From positions 128,867 to 192,866 of the forward strand of contig LCGZ01000004.1 of assembly GCA_001000065.1 (NCBI GenBank): a stretch of DNA of 64,000 nucleotides, read 5' to 3'. Below, one piece after another: positions 55,773 to 64,000 of this stretch (within the stretch, counting starts at the first letter, position 1; every line of letters starts with the position of its first letter). The translations under genes and the position numbers were made by a program. The DNA is from a candidate division TM6 bacterium GW2011_GWF2_43_87 (lineage in GTDB: Bacteria; Babelota; Babeliae; Babelales; Babelaceae). The notes under the pieces are model-generated. The model was not told the origin of the DNA and made no database searches. It saw only the letters and a list, made by a program, of their open reading frames with translations.

Positions 55773-56463
55773 TTTTTGGATGATCTTTGTCTAAAATAAA
55801 TTCTTGAAATGACCCATTAGTATAGGTCGTGAGCAAGGAACGTAATTCAGCAATGGCATTTGAAAGTTCTTCATGTGTAGTATGGGAGAGCCCTTCAATG
55901 ACAAGATAAACATGGTGGATGTGTTCAGTAATTTTTGTTTTTTCTGATTCACGATAATTCCACGCACGACAGAGCACTTCTTCATCATCACTGTACACCA
56001 CCTCCCCAGCCTTCACGATTTCTGGGGTAGTTGATCCGAGCATTATAAATTTTTCTGTTCCCTGCGCGATTTTCAGAGTAATAGAGCCTTTGATTTTTTC
56101 GAGATTTCCACCGCCAACAGGCAGCATGTGCTTGATAGAAATAAGGTTATAAAGATCGACTATAGGGCTTATTGTAGGGAGTTGCTTTCCTTGGAGTATT
56201 CTTCGCACTAGTGCTTCTATTGAACTGCGATATTCTGATGGCTTAAAGCCAAATGATCGATATGCTTCTCGCCAATCTAGAATTTTAGGTAGTGAGGTAA
56301 GTTCTGCTAAATTGATAGTAGCTTTGATTTTCTCTTCAGTATCTCGCAGAAGCTTTGTGATTTCTTCGGATGGGTGCTGGTTATTAACATTTTTACCAAA
56401 CAATAATCCTATTTTTGTGTGGGGGAATTGTTGAATAACGGTGTTATCAATTTTGATAATCAT
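55762..56463 (-). CDS. B3/4 domain protein (tRNA-binding, PheT B3/B4-like)
   Basis: PIVDLYNLISIKHMLPVGGGNLEKI and the overall length fit the standalone B3/4 domain family. Confidence 0.55.
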   Translation of the reverse strand: MIIKIDNTVIQQFPHTKIGLLFGKNVNNQHPSEEITKLLRDTEEKIKATINLAELTSLPKILDWREAYRSFGFKPSEYRSSIEALVRRILQGKQLPTISPIVDLYNLISIKHMLPVGGGNLEKIKGSITLKIAQGTEKFIMLGSTTPEIVKAGEVVYSDDEEVLCRAWNYRESEKTKITEHIHHVYLVIEGLSHTTHEELSNAIAELRSLLTTYTNGSFQEFILDKDHPKIEI

Positions 56464-56662
56464 TTTTTAAAATACCTAGCGATGATACTATAACTAATCT
56501 AGCGATATAAATTTTTTCATCGACTCTCCAACTATTTTTTGGGACAATTTATTGTATCATGATCTTGATACAAATGTTTGGGGTTTGTTTTCTTTTACAA
56601 TCATTCCAGTTTTTGAGGGTTTGCAAAAATTTTTATAAGAGTTTTTAACGCGCCGCAGTACG

Positions 56663-56698
56663 CTGGTTGGTTGGGGTAAAGTTTGTTAATCTAATAAA
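56663..56698. repeat. 36-bp direct repeat, left copy, flanking the AAA-ATPase gene
   Basis: ctGgttggttggggtAaAgtttgttaatctaataaa matches 58428..58463 at 33 of 36 positions. Confidence 0.6.
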
Positions 56699-56732
56699 TA
56701 TCGGGTTGCCAAACAGACAAAAGGGTAAGTAA

Positions 56733-58415
56733 ATGACTGAGCAAAAGAAGAAAAAACTGATTCCTATCGGGATAGATGATTTTGAGCGGATTGTAGAGGG
56801 AAACTATTATTTTGCGGATAAGAGTTTGCTGATAAAAGAGCTGCTTGATTCTGGAGCCGTTGTAACCCTTATTCCTCGCCCACGACGTTTTGGTAAAACA
56901 TTGAATCTTTCTATGCTTCGTTATTTTTTTGAAAAAGTTAATCAGTCTCGTTGCCACCTTTTTGACGGGCTCAAGATTGAGCAACACGCCGACTGCATGA
57001 AGCATCAGGGGCAGTATCCGGTAATCTGGTTGACCTTTAAAGATGTTAAAAGTAAAAATTGGGCAGAGTGTTACCATTTGTTACGTAAGCAAATTTCAGG
57101 TGAATTTGCCCGTCACAGTTGGCTTGGTGAAAATCTTTTCTCGCCAGAAAGAGAGCAATTTGAAAAAATAAGAATGGGTGAAGGAGATTTGGCCGATTAT
57201 ATGCATGCGTTGCTTGATCTTTCCCGTTATCTAGAACATGTGCATAAAGCCAAAGTTATGATTCTTGTTGATGAATATGATGCTCCTATCCATGCGGGCT
57301 ACCTTAACGGCTACTATAACGAAATAATTGATTTCATGCGTGTGTTTATGGGTGCAGGACTTAAAGGCAATAATTCTCTCAACTTTGGTGTATTAACCGG
57401 AATTTTACGAGTAGCAAAAGAAAGTATTTTTAGTGGGATTAATAACTTACGAGTTTGTACGCTTGTACAGGATAGTTATGCCAATCAATTTGGGTTTCTT
57501 GAAGCTGAAGTAAGAGCGATGCTCACCTATTTTGAGTTGGAAAACAAGCTTGATGAGGTAAAGCGTTGGTATAATGGTTATCAGAGTGGTTCTTACAAAG
57601 TATATAATCCCTGGTCTATTATCAATTTGGCCGGCAATAAAGGGGTAATACACGCTTACTGGGTTAATACAAGTGATAATGCCCTTATAAAAGATCTGCT
57701 CAAACGTTGTACTCCCGAAATGAAAGAAGATCTTGAGGTTATCGTCAAAGGGGGTAAGGTAACTAAAGCTATTCAAGAAAATATTATCATGCTTGATATT
57801 GAGAAAAACGACGCAGTATTGTGGAATTTTTTGCTTTTTTCAGGATATCTAACTTTTGAAAACTATCGATTAATTGAGGACATCAACTACGCAGAGCTTT
57901 TGATTCCTAATGTTGAGGTTGGCACCACATACAAAACCTCGTTTAGTACGTGGTTTGCTGAAGGCTCTGGTATGCGCAATTATACCAAAATGCTCGAAAG
58001 TCTTGTTGCAGGAGAGATGGAGCCTTTTCAAGATTATTTTATGAAGTTTACACGAGAAACATTGAGCACTTTTGATATGCATGGTGATGAACCAGAGCGT
58101 TTTTATCATGCGCTTGTGTTGGGTATGCTTGCAACGTTAGCATCAACACATGAAGTACGTTCAAATCGTGAAAGCGGCTACGGACGTTATGATGTTTCAC
58201 TTATTCCAAAAGATCTTTCAAAATCGGGCATTATACTTGAGTTCAAAAAGGTTAATATTAAAAGAAAAGAGACGTTGAAAACTGCGGCGCAAAATGCTCT
58301 CAAGCAAATTGAAGAGAGGGATTACGAGACTGAATTGCGTGCTCGAGGACTTAATAAAATTATCAAGCTAGGCATTGCGTTTTTAGGCAAAGAAAGCCTT
58401 GTTTTGATAGGATAA
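56733..58415 (+). CDS. Predicted AAA-ATPase with C-terminal PD-(D/E)XK nuclease domain (PF09820 AAA-ATPase_like + PDDEXK_9-like)
   Basis: N-terminal KLIPIGIDDFERIVEGNYYFADKSLLIKEL is the hallmark start of this family. C-terminal GRYDVSLIP…IILEFKK is a PD-(D/E)XK motif. Confidence 0.75.
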   Translation: MTEQKKKKLIPIGIDDFERIVEGNYYFADKSLLIKELLDSGAVVTLIPRPRRFGKTLNLSMLRYFFEKVNQSRCHLFDGLKIEQHADCMKHQGQYPVIWLTFKDVKSKNWAECYHLLRKQISGEFARHSWLGENLFSPEREQFEKIRMGEGDLADYMHALLDLSRYLEHVHKAKVMILVDEYDAPIHAGYLNGYYNEIIDFMRVFMGAGLKGNNSLNFGVLTGILRVAKESIFSGINNLRVCTLVQDSYANQFGFLEAEVRAMLTYFELENKLDEVKRWYNGYQSGSYKVYNPWSIINLAGNKGVIHAYWVNTSDNALIKDLLKRCTPEMKEDLEVIVKGGKVTKAIQENIIMLDIEKNDAVLWNFLLFSGYLTFENYRLIEDINYAELLIPNVEVGTTYKTSFSTWFAEGSGMRNYTKMLESLVAGEMEPFQDYFMKFTRETLSTFDMHGDEPERFYHALVLGMLATLASTHEVRSNRESGYGRYDVSLIPKDLSKSGIILEFKKVNIKRKETLKTAAQNALKQIEERDYETELRARGLNKIIKLGIAFLGKESLVLIG

Positions 58416-58427
58416 ATAGACGAGTGG

Positions 58428-58463
58428 CTAGTTGGTTGGGGTGATGTTTGTTAATCTAATAAA
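58428..58463. repeat. 36-bp direct repeat, right copy
   Basis: See the left copy. Located 12 nt after the stop codon of 56733..58415. Confidence 0.6.
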
Positions 58464-58553
58464 ACTTGTTAAGTGGACTTTTAAAGTAATTGAGGTATGA
58501 ATGCGACAATGCATCCATGCTTCAATCACTTATCTTCGTTATCATTAAGCTTT

Positions 58554-59810
58554 TTACTGATTATTGTACTCAAACTTAAACCATAAATCGCACAATTTTC
58601 GCATCGTCTTGGCCGGAATAACTATTTTACCGTCCGTTTTTGTGTAGGCCGGTACAACTTTTTGTAGATTCCGTAAAAACATAAGGTGTTCATGCGTTAG
58701 ACTAAACTCAGCCTTCAACTGCCTCAATGACAAACGGAATACTAGCTTTTCTATCCCCATCGCACTGTTCGATCCAACCACTATCGGCCAGAGATGGGCA
58801 GGTTTCTTTGCCACAGTCGCAAACGGAGTAAATAAGAGCAAGCGCACGGCCGTTTCTATCTGATTAATCACCTGCTCAGGATTTGCAATTCCGGTATATT
58901 TGCGTAGCCCATCATTACTCGAAATTATTGGGGCGACTGTAGAATTTTGTTGCATATTTTCAGCCAAGGAGGAAACCACAAGCTCTTTAAAAATTCGACT
59001 TTTTTGCGGCTCTTCTGTCTCGGTCTCAGCTCCTGCTTCTGGAACAGAGAGCAAGCTCATTAATAATTTCTTCCGCCCTGCAGTTGTCCATTTAGAAGAG
59101 CAAATTGTTTCAATGGCCTTTTTGCCTAAAGCACCAGCCGTTGCATCTGCTCCATTCTTCAGCAACAGCTCTACCATCTTTAGATTATTCCTCCAGCATG
59201 CGCGATAGAGCGGTGTTTCCCTATCTTTATCCACTTTATTTACAGATTCTTTTGCTCCATTGTTCAGCAACAGCTTCACTATCTCTAGATTATCTTTGTA
59301 GCATGCCCAGTAGAGCGGCGTTTCTTCATTATTATTCGCCCTATTCACAGAATCCTTTGCTCCATTGTTCAGCAACAGCTCTACCATCTTTAGATTATTG
59401 TTGTAGCATGCGCAGTAGAGCGGTGTCACCCTATTATCATCTACTTTATTTACAGAGTCCTTCGCTCCGTTCTTTAGCAACAGCTCCACCATCTCTAGAT
59501 TATTATTCAAGCATGCCCAGTAAAGCGGTGCCTTACCCCACGTATTTGCTTTATTTACAGATTCTTTAGCTCCATTCTTCAGCAACAACTTCACCATCTC
59601 TAGATTACCTTTGTGGCATGCCCAGCAGAGCGAAGTCCCTCCATTTTCATTCACCTGATTTACTTCATCGTTATCCAGCTTTTCAAGGTATTTTTGCACC
59701 TCTTCAATCTTATTCTTTTCTATTAAATCAAAAAGCGTACCCCCCAGTGCTTCAGGCGCATGGGTAGATAATGCACAGATGGTAAGTAGAGCAATTTTTA
59801 TAATTTTCAT
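58554..59810 (-). CDS. Ankyrin-repeat protein with signal peptide and near-identical tandem 33-aa repeats. C-terminal domain unknown
   Basis: AAAGGTG RBS then ATG at 59810. Signal peptide MKIIKIALLTICALSTHA. Five or more ANK units of the form LLLKNGAK[ED]SVN…TPLYWAC..NNL[EK]MVE. Confidence 0.8.
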   Translation of the reverse strand: MKIIKIALLTICALSTHAPEALGGTLFDLIEKNKIEEVQKYLEKLDNDEVNQVNENGGTSLCWACHKGNLEMVKLLLKNGAKESVNKANTWGKAPLYWACLNNNLEMVELLLKNGAKDSVNKVDDNRVTPLYCACYNNNLKMVELLLNNGAKDSVNRANNNEETPLYWACYKDNLEIVKLLLNNGAKESVNKVDKDRETPLYRACWRNNLKMVELLLKNGADATAGALGKKAIETICSSKWTTAGRKKLLMSLLSVPEAGAETETEEPQKSRIFKELVVSSLAENMQQNSTVAPIISSNDGLRKYTGIANPEQVINQIETAVRLLLFTPFATVAKKPAHLWPIVVGSNSAMGIEKLVFRLSLRQLKAEFSLTHEHLMFLRNLQKVVPAYTKTDGKIVIPAKTMRKLCDLWFKFEYNNQ

Positions 59811-59992
59811 ATTGCACCTTTCTTTTGAATAAAACATTATCCGATGCTTTGTATGTGACCTACACCATTATACACTCTTTATTTTATCCCAGTTTTTTTT
59901 CGCGCTAACTCGGCTTCGCCTCCGGTTCTTCGCGCTTTAGGGTAGCATTCATCCTCAGGTTTAAAAAGACCTGGGGTTTTTTGCTTGGTTTT

Positions 59993-60112
59993 CTTAAAGG
60001 TGAAGTGAGAGCGATGCTCGCCTATTTTGAGTTAAAAAATAAGCTTGATGAGGTAAGGCGCTGGTATAACGGTTATCAGAGGGGTTTTACAAAGTATAAA
60101 ACCCCTGGTCTA
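59993..60112 (+). pseudogene. Internal fragment (about 40 codons) of another PF09820-like AAA-ATPase paralog
   Basis: The DNA aligns with 57507..57625 of the intact gene (…SDARLF-ELKNKLDEVRRWYNGYQRGFTKYKTPGLFS-like). Flanking sequence is unrelated. Confidence 0.45.
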
Positions 60113-60125
60113 TTCTCAATAGCCG

Positions 60126-61046
60126 TTACTTCTTTGTAGCATTCTGCACTTGTCCAGCAACTAGCATAGCATTGCGCATTTGTTCAGATAAATCGGTTAA
60201 TGTGCTGGGTGAATGAGGAAGCAGAATAGTGTTTGTTTGTGCGTTGGCGCTTATATCTTTGAGCGTATCGAAATATTGAGTCATAAGAACGAGAAACATA
60301 ACGTCCTGCGCGGAAGTTCCTGGAATATGCTCCCGAAATTCACTGACCGATTTACTTAGTCCTTCAATAATGGCTTCTCGTTGTTGTGCAATACCTTGGC
60401 CATGCAATGCGTTGCTTTGAGCAGCGGCTTCAGCAGCCTTTACGGTTATGATACGCTCGGCTTCACCTTTTTCAACCGCAGCAATACGTAACCGTTGTGC
60501 CGCGTTGATCTCATTCATCGAGATTTTGACTTTTTGGTCGGGTTCTATATCGGTGACGAGTGATTTGAGAATGCCATACCCAAAGTCTTTCATTACGGAC
60601 GTAATTTCATCTTTGACGGCGATAGCTATCTCATCTTTTTTTTCAAAGAGCTCGTCGAGTTTAAGGCGTGGCACACGTGCTCGGACAACATCAAAGACAA
60701 AGGATGTAATCTGTTGTTCAGGATTTTTTAGCTTGTAAAATGCTTCATACACATGTTCTTGAAACACGAAATATTGTACAGCAACGGTGACATGCACAAA
60801 AACATTATCCTCAGTCTTTGTTTCTACTTTGACATCAAGTTGAGTAATTCGTAGGCTCACGGTGCCCGCAATTTCCTCAATGAAAGGGAGTTTGAAGTTG
60901 AGCCCTGGATGTAGGATTTTACTAAAGCGTCCAAGGCGCTGTAGTATGGCTGCTGTCTGTTCGTTTACGACCACTGCAGTCATGTAGAATAGTGTAATTA
61001 CGACAAAGACGATGCAACTGATTAATACGATGATTAAAGTTGTCAT
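60126..61046 (-). CDS. SPFH/band-7 domain protein (stomatin/HflC-like)
   Basis: N-terminal TM helix. Band-7 core VVNEQTAAILQRLGRFSKILHPGLNFKLPFIE… with a coiled-coil C-terminal region. Confidence 0.85.
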   Translation of the reverse strand: MTTLIIVLISCIVFVVITLFYMTAVVVNEQTAAILQRLGRFSKILHPGLNFKLPFIEEIAGTVSLRITQLDVKVETKTEDNVFVHVTVAVQYFVFQEHVYEAFYKLKNPEQQITSFVFDVVRARVPRLKLDELFEKKDEIAIAVKDEITSVMKDFGYGILKSLVTDIEPDQKVKISMNEINAAQRLRIAAVEKGEAERIITVKAAEAAAQSNALHGQGIAQQREAIIEGLSKSVSEFREHIPGTSAQDVMFLVLMTQYFDTLKDISANAQTNTILLPHSPSTLTDLSEQMRNAMLVAGQVQNATKK

Positions 61047-61185
61047 GTGCGTAAATTCCCTTAGGTTTAGGAAATAAGATTTTTACTACATCGCCTGAGC
61101 ATAGCCCTATACTGCAATTTGGGCAAGCAGGGTTTTTCTTGCGCAGGTTTACGCTTATAAAATGTTGAAGATAAGGCTTTTCTGA

Positions 61186-61509
61186 TTATTTCTTCACCTT
61201 TGGTTTAGGTTCTGGGAGCTCTTGTGCGGTGATTTTGATTAACTGGCTTAGCCAGTTGCTATTCTCACATTTATCCTCAATCAAGAACCATAATTTTGCG
61301 CCAGGATAGGGTGGAGCTTCAGTGACATTGCCAATAAATGTTCGCCCATTCTTTGTTGGCTTTACAAAGAGCATATCATCACAGATGAGCGCCACAAACT
61401 TGCTACCGCAGTAGATCCCATACTCACCAAACATTTTTCGAAAGGTGATGTGCCCAGCTCCTTCTGCTTGGGATACAATAAAATCAACGAAAACTTGGGT
61501 TGATGACAT
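61186..61509 (-). CDS. TfoX N-terminal domain protein
   Basis: GGGAGAG RBS. FRKMFGEYGIYCGSKFVALICDDMLFVK matches the TfoX_N signature. Confidence 0.6.
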   Translation of the reverse strand: MSSTQVFVDFIVSQAEGAGHITFRKMFGEYGIYCGSKFVALICDDMLFVKPTKNGRTFIGNVTEAPPYPGAKLWFLIEDKCENSNWLSQLIKITAQELPEPKPKVKK

Positions 61510-61672
61510 AGTACTCTCCCTATTTTTTAGGATATCTAGCAAAAACTCTTTATCATTTGACAATCAATCTACATCGAATTGAATGATTTTGGTATTCAGT
61601 CGGTTTGACAAGGTTATGGGGCATTGTTACGCTAATACTGTTTTTAAATTAATACAATTTATAGGCATATTT

Positions 61673-62665
61673 ATGGTAATAAAAAAAATAACAACGCCTG
61701 GGCTTGCTATAGACGCGCGTGGGCTTGTAAAAGTGTTTGGGCAATTCCGTGCTGTTGATGGTGTTGATTTACAGGTACCTACCGGTAGTGTCTATGGTGT
61801 ACTTGGGCCAAATGGTGCAGGCAAGACAACTACGCTCAATATATTGGCAACATTGCTTAGGCCAGATGGCGGGAGCGCATTAATCTTTGGCCATGATGTT
61901 GAGCGAGAGCCTCATGTGGTGCGGCAGTTGATTGGGGTTACTGGTCAGCATGCATCGGTTGATGAGATGCTTTCTGCAACTGAAAATCTTATGATTTTTG
62001 GGTGCTTGCTAGGGTTATCCCATCGCGATGCAAAGCAAAAAGCGGCTGAATTGCTTGAAAAATTTGGCCTTACTGAGGCGGCAAAACGCCCTTTAGCAAA
62101 CTTTTCGGGTGGCATGCGGCGGCGGCTTGATTTGGCCGCGAGTCTGATTGTTCAGCCCCCGCTTATTTTCCTTGATGAGCCGACTACCGGTCTTGATCCG
62201 CGAACACGAGCCCAGATGTGGGACACCATACGTCATCTTGTTGATACGGGATCGACGGTTCTTTTAACCACACAGTATCTTGATGAAGCCGACCAGTTAG
62301 CAGATCGTATTGCCGTTATTGATCGTGGTAGGGTCGTTGCTGAAGGAACGCCGGATGAACTTAAAGAATCGGTTGGAACAGCATCGTTACATCTTCGACT
62401 TGCAGATCTTACGCAACTTGATGCCGCACACAAAATAATCGAAGCTCATCTTAAAGTAAAGGGTGTCTGTTCGCCTGAGGCCGCTCGTTTGACGATTCCC
62501 ATGGCTGATCCTGACCAGATGACCGACCTGCTTGTTGCGCTTCGTAATAATGGCATTTGTTTGAGTGAGCTTAGCATGCAAAAACCGACATTAGACGAAG
62601 TGTTTATGGCTATTACGGGGTGTGGCACAAAAGCTAAAAAAGATAATAGTGAGGACGCTAAATGA
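61673..62665 (+). CDS. ABC transporter ATP-binding protein (DrrA / ABC-2 type exporter family)
   Basis: Walker A GPNGAGKTT, signature FSGGMRRRL, and Walker B LIFLDEPTTGLD. Confidence 0.85.
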   Translation: MVIKKITTPGLAIDARGLVKVFGQFRAVDGVDLQVPTGSVYGVLGPNGAGKTTTLNILATLLRPDGGSALIFGHDVEREPHVVRQLIGVTGQHASVDEMLSATENLMIFGCLLGLSHRDAKQKAAELLEKFGLTEAAKRPLANFSGGMRRRLDLAASLIVQPPLIFLDEPTTGLDPRTRAQMWDTIRHLVDTGSTVLLTTQYLDEADQLADRIAVIDRGRVVAEGTPDELKESVGTASLHLRLADLTQLDAAHKIIEAHLKVKGVCSPEAARLTIPMADPDQMTDLLVALRNNGICLSELSMQKPTLDEVFMAITGCGTKAKKDNSEDAK

Positions 62666-63480
62666 AAAAAAGTACAATGATTGTTCCTGGAGCCGAGCGT
62701 CAGCTTAAAAACCATGCAAGTTTGCGTGAGACGATAACAGCTTCTTTTGCGATGGCATGGCGCGGATTGCTTAAAATTCGTCGTAGACCAGAGCAGCTGT
62801 TTGATGTTGTTTTTCAGCCGATAATTTTTACACTTATGTTCGCGTATATTTTTGGTGGGGCTATTAGTGGAAGTGTGCATAAATATTTGGTTATCTTAAT
62901 TCCTGGGATTCTTGTTCAGACGGTTATAACGACATCAGTGGTAACAGGAGTGCAATTGCGTGAGGATATGGATAAGGGAGTATTTGATCGCTTTAGATCG
63001 TTACCTATTGCTCGCATAGCACCACTTGCAGGAGCGTTGCTTGCGGATACGATTCGTTATGCTATTGCTACAATTTTGACGTTGGCTGTGGGATATACTC
63101 TTGGGTATCGCCCTGCGGCTGGCCTTGGAGCGTTAGCGCTTGGGGGATTGTTGGTTATAATCAGTTCATGGGCATTAAGTTGGGTGTTTGCATTCTTTGG
63201 TGTAATTGCTCGCTCAGCGTCTAGTGTACAAGGAATTTCGATGCTGATTTTATTCCCGCTTACTTTTCTTTCAAATGCCTATGTTCCCGTTGATACTTTG
63301 CCTCCTTTTTTAAAATGGTTTGCATCCGTAAATCCTGTCTCTCACTTGATTACATCGGTTCGTGAATTGGCAGATCAGGGAGTGGTTTCTGGTGAAGTAA
63401 TTTGGACGCTGGTTGGTATAACGGCAATTGTATGTATTTTTGCTCCGCTAACGGTTAGAGCGTATATGCATAAAGCCTAG
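62662..63480 (+). CDS. ABC-2 type transporter permease (DrrB-like)
   Basis: Six predicted TM helices. Translationally coupled to the ATPase with a 4-nt overlap. Confidence 0.75.
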   Translation: MKKSTMIVPGAERQLKNHASLRETITASFAMAWRGLLKIRRRPEQLFDVVFQPIIFTLMFAYIFGGAISGSVHKYLVILIPGILVQTVITTSVVTGVQLREDMDKGVFDRFRSLPIARIAPLAGALLADTIRYAIATILTLAVGYTLGYRPAAGLGALALGGLLVIISSWALSWVFAFFGVIARSASSVQGISMLILFPLTFLSNAYVPVDTLPPFLKWFASVNPVSHLITSVRELADQGVVSGEVIWTLVGITAIVCIFAPLTVRAYMHKA

Positions 63481-63646
63481 ATAAGATTGTTGGGATTTAC
63501 GCGTCTTCTAGGTATAAGCGGTTGGACGCATAAGTCTTTAAGATCCTTACAAAAAGTTCACATCCAATTTCAACATTTTTTGGTGCCATTATAATTACCT
63601 TTAAATCTTTTCTACTGACTCAATCGAGAGCTTAGCGAATAAATAC

Positions 63647-64000
63647 TTAAACTCTGTTTCCACTCAATTTTTCACCTTGTAATAACTGTATCAGGTTTTT
63701 TACATCAACAAAGGTTATTGATAAGTCACCAAATTTTCTGGTAAATGGAGTGTCTATATTAAAAGCAACAACGTAGTTTTCTCCGTTTGCATAATGGTTA
63801 CGAAAAGCCCCAAAATTTTTTGAAATTGATTTTGGGGCTTGAATATCTGATAGTATGGAAAATTTGCATTCAATGGCATGCACGATATTGTCATTGCCAC
63901 TAATAACAAAATCAATTTCAGAGCCTGATTTATCGCGCCAATAATTGATTGAACGGGTTTGCAAATGAGCATGTAATTGATTAAGTACGCAGTGCTCCCA
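63647..64000 (-). CDS. C-terminal DUF4143 portion of an AAA+ ATPase (AAA_14 / DUF4143 family); N-terminus lies outside the window
   Basis: YWRDKSGSEIDFVI… matches DUF4143. The frame stays open to the window edge (…WEHCVLNQLHAHLQTRSINYWRD). Confidence 0.55.
   Translation of the reverse strand, partial: WEHCVLNQLHAHLQTRSINYWRDKSGSEIDFVISGNDNIVHAIECKFSILSDIQAPKSISKNFGAFRNHYANGENYVVAFNIDTPFTRKFGDLSITFVDVKNLIQLLQGEKLSGNRV

Noticed and set aside
1-64000. CRISPR arrays, rRNA genes, IS transposases, integrases
   Set aside because: I looked for short evenly spaced direct repeats, rRNA signatures, DDE and tyrosine-recombinase ORFs. None was found. The mobile-like signals here are limited to the PF09820 gene with its repeats and the GIY-YIG gene.

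Overview
This window looks like a fragment of an AT-rich (roughly 38-40% GC by eye) obligate-intracellular or amoeba-associated bacterium. A tmRNA whose pre-tag region resembles chlamydial tmRNA (recalled from memory) suggests a Chlamydiae-like lineage; this is not certain. Housekeeping genes present: glyA, tsaD, smpB with the tmRNA (ssrA), pth, alaS, mgtE, an rluA-family gene, a HIT-family gene, csaA, and a tRNA-Lys(UUU) / tRNA-Lys(CUU) / tRNA-Glu(UUC) cluster. The rest is accessory and rich in signal-peptide proteins and eukaryote-like domains. There are at least 10 ankyrin-repeat proteins, and 7 of them form a tandem array sharing a conserved TM-plus-tail module. The most striking locus (about 32.2-44.5 kb, one strand, tight spacing) has four parts. 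First come three paralogous Cys-rich beta-barrel-type outer-membrane proteins, one broken by a frameshift in an A9 tract. Next is a prokaryotic pentameric ligand-gated ion channel (Cys-loop receptor family, with the FPFD motif and a 4-TM C-terminus). Last are three tandem paralogous secreted fusion proteins. Each fusion joins an N-terminal PPP-family (PP1/calcineurin-like) Ser/Thr-phosphatase-like domain, with partly degenerate catalytic motifs, to a C-terminal LivJ-like type-I periplasmic binding protein domain. Several small paralogous secreted-protein families are also present, including a triplet inside the ankyrin array and three copies of a 'TTTTQ-motif' family. There is an RGG-box secreted protein, and a PF09820-like AAA-ATPase/PD-(D/E)XK gene flanked by 36-bp direct repeats with two decayed fragments of paralogs. 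A GIY-YIG gene sits next to the tRNA cluster, and there are terminator hairpins and palindromes. No CRISPR array or rRNA was seen.
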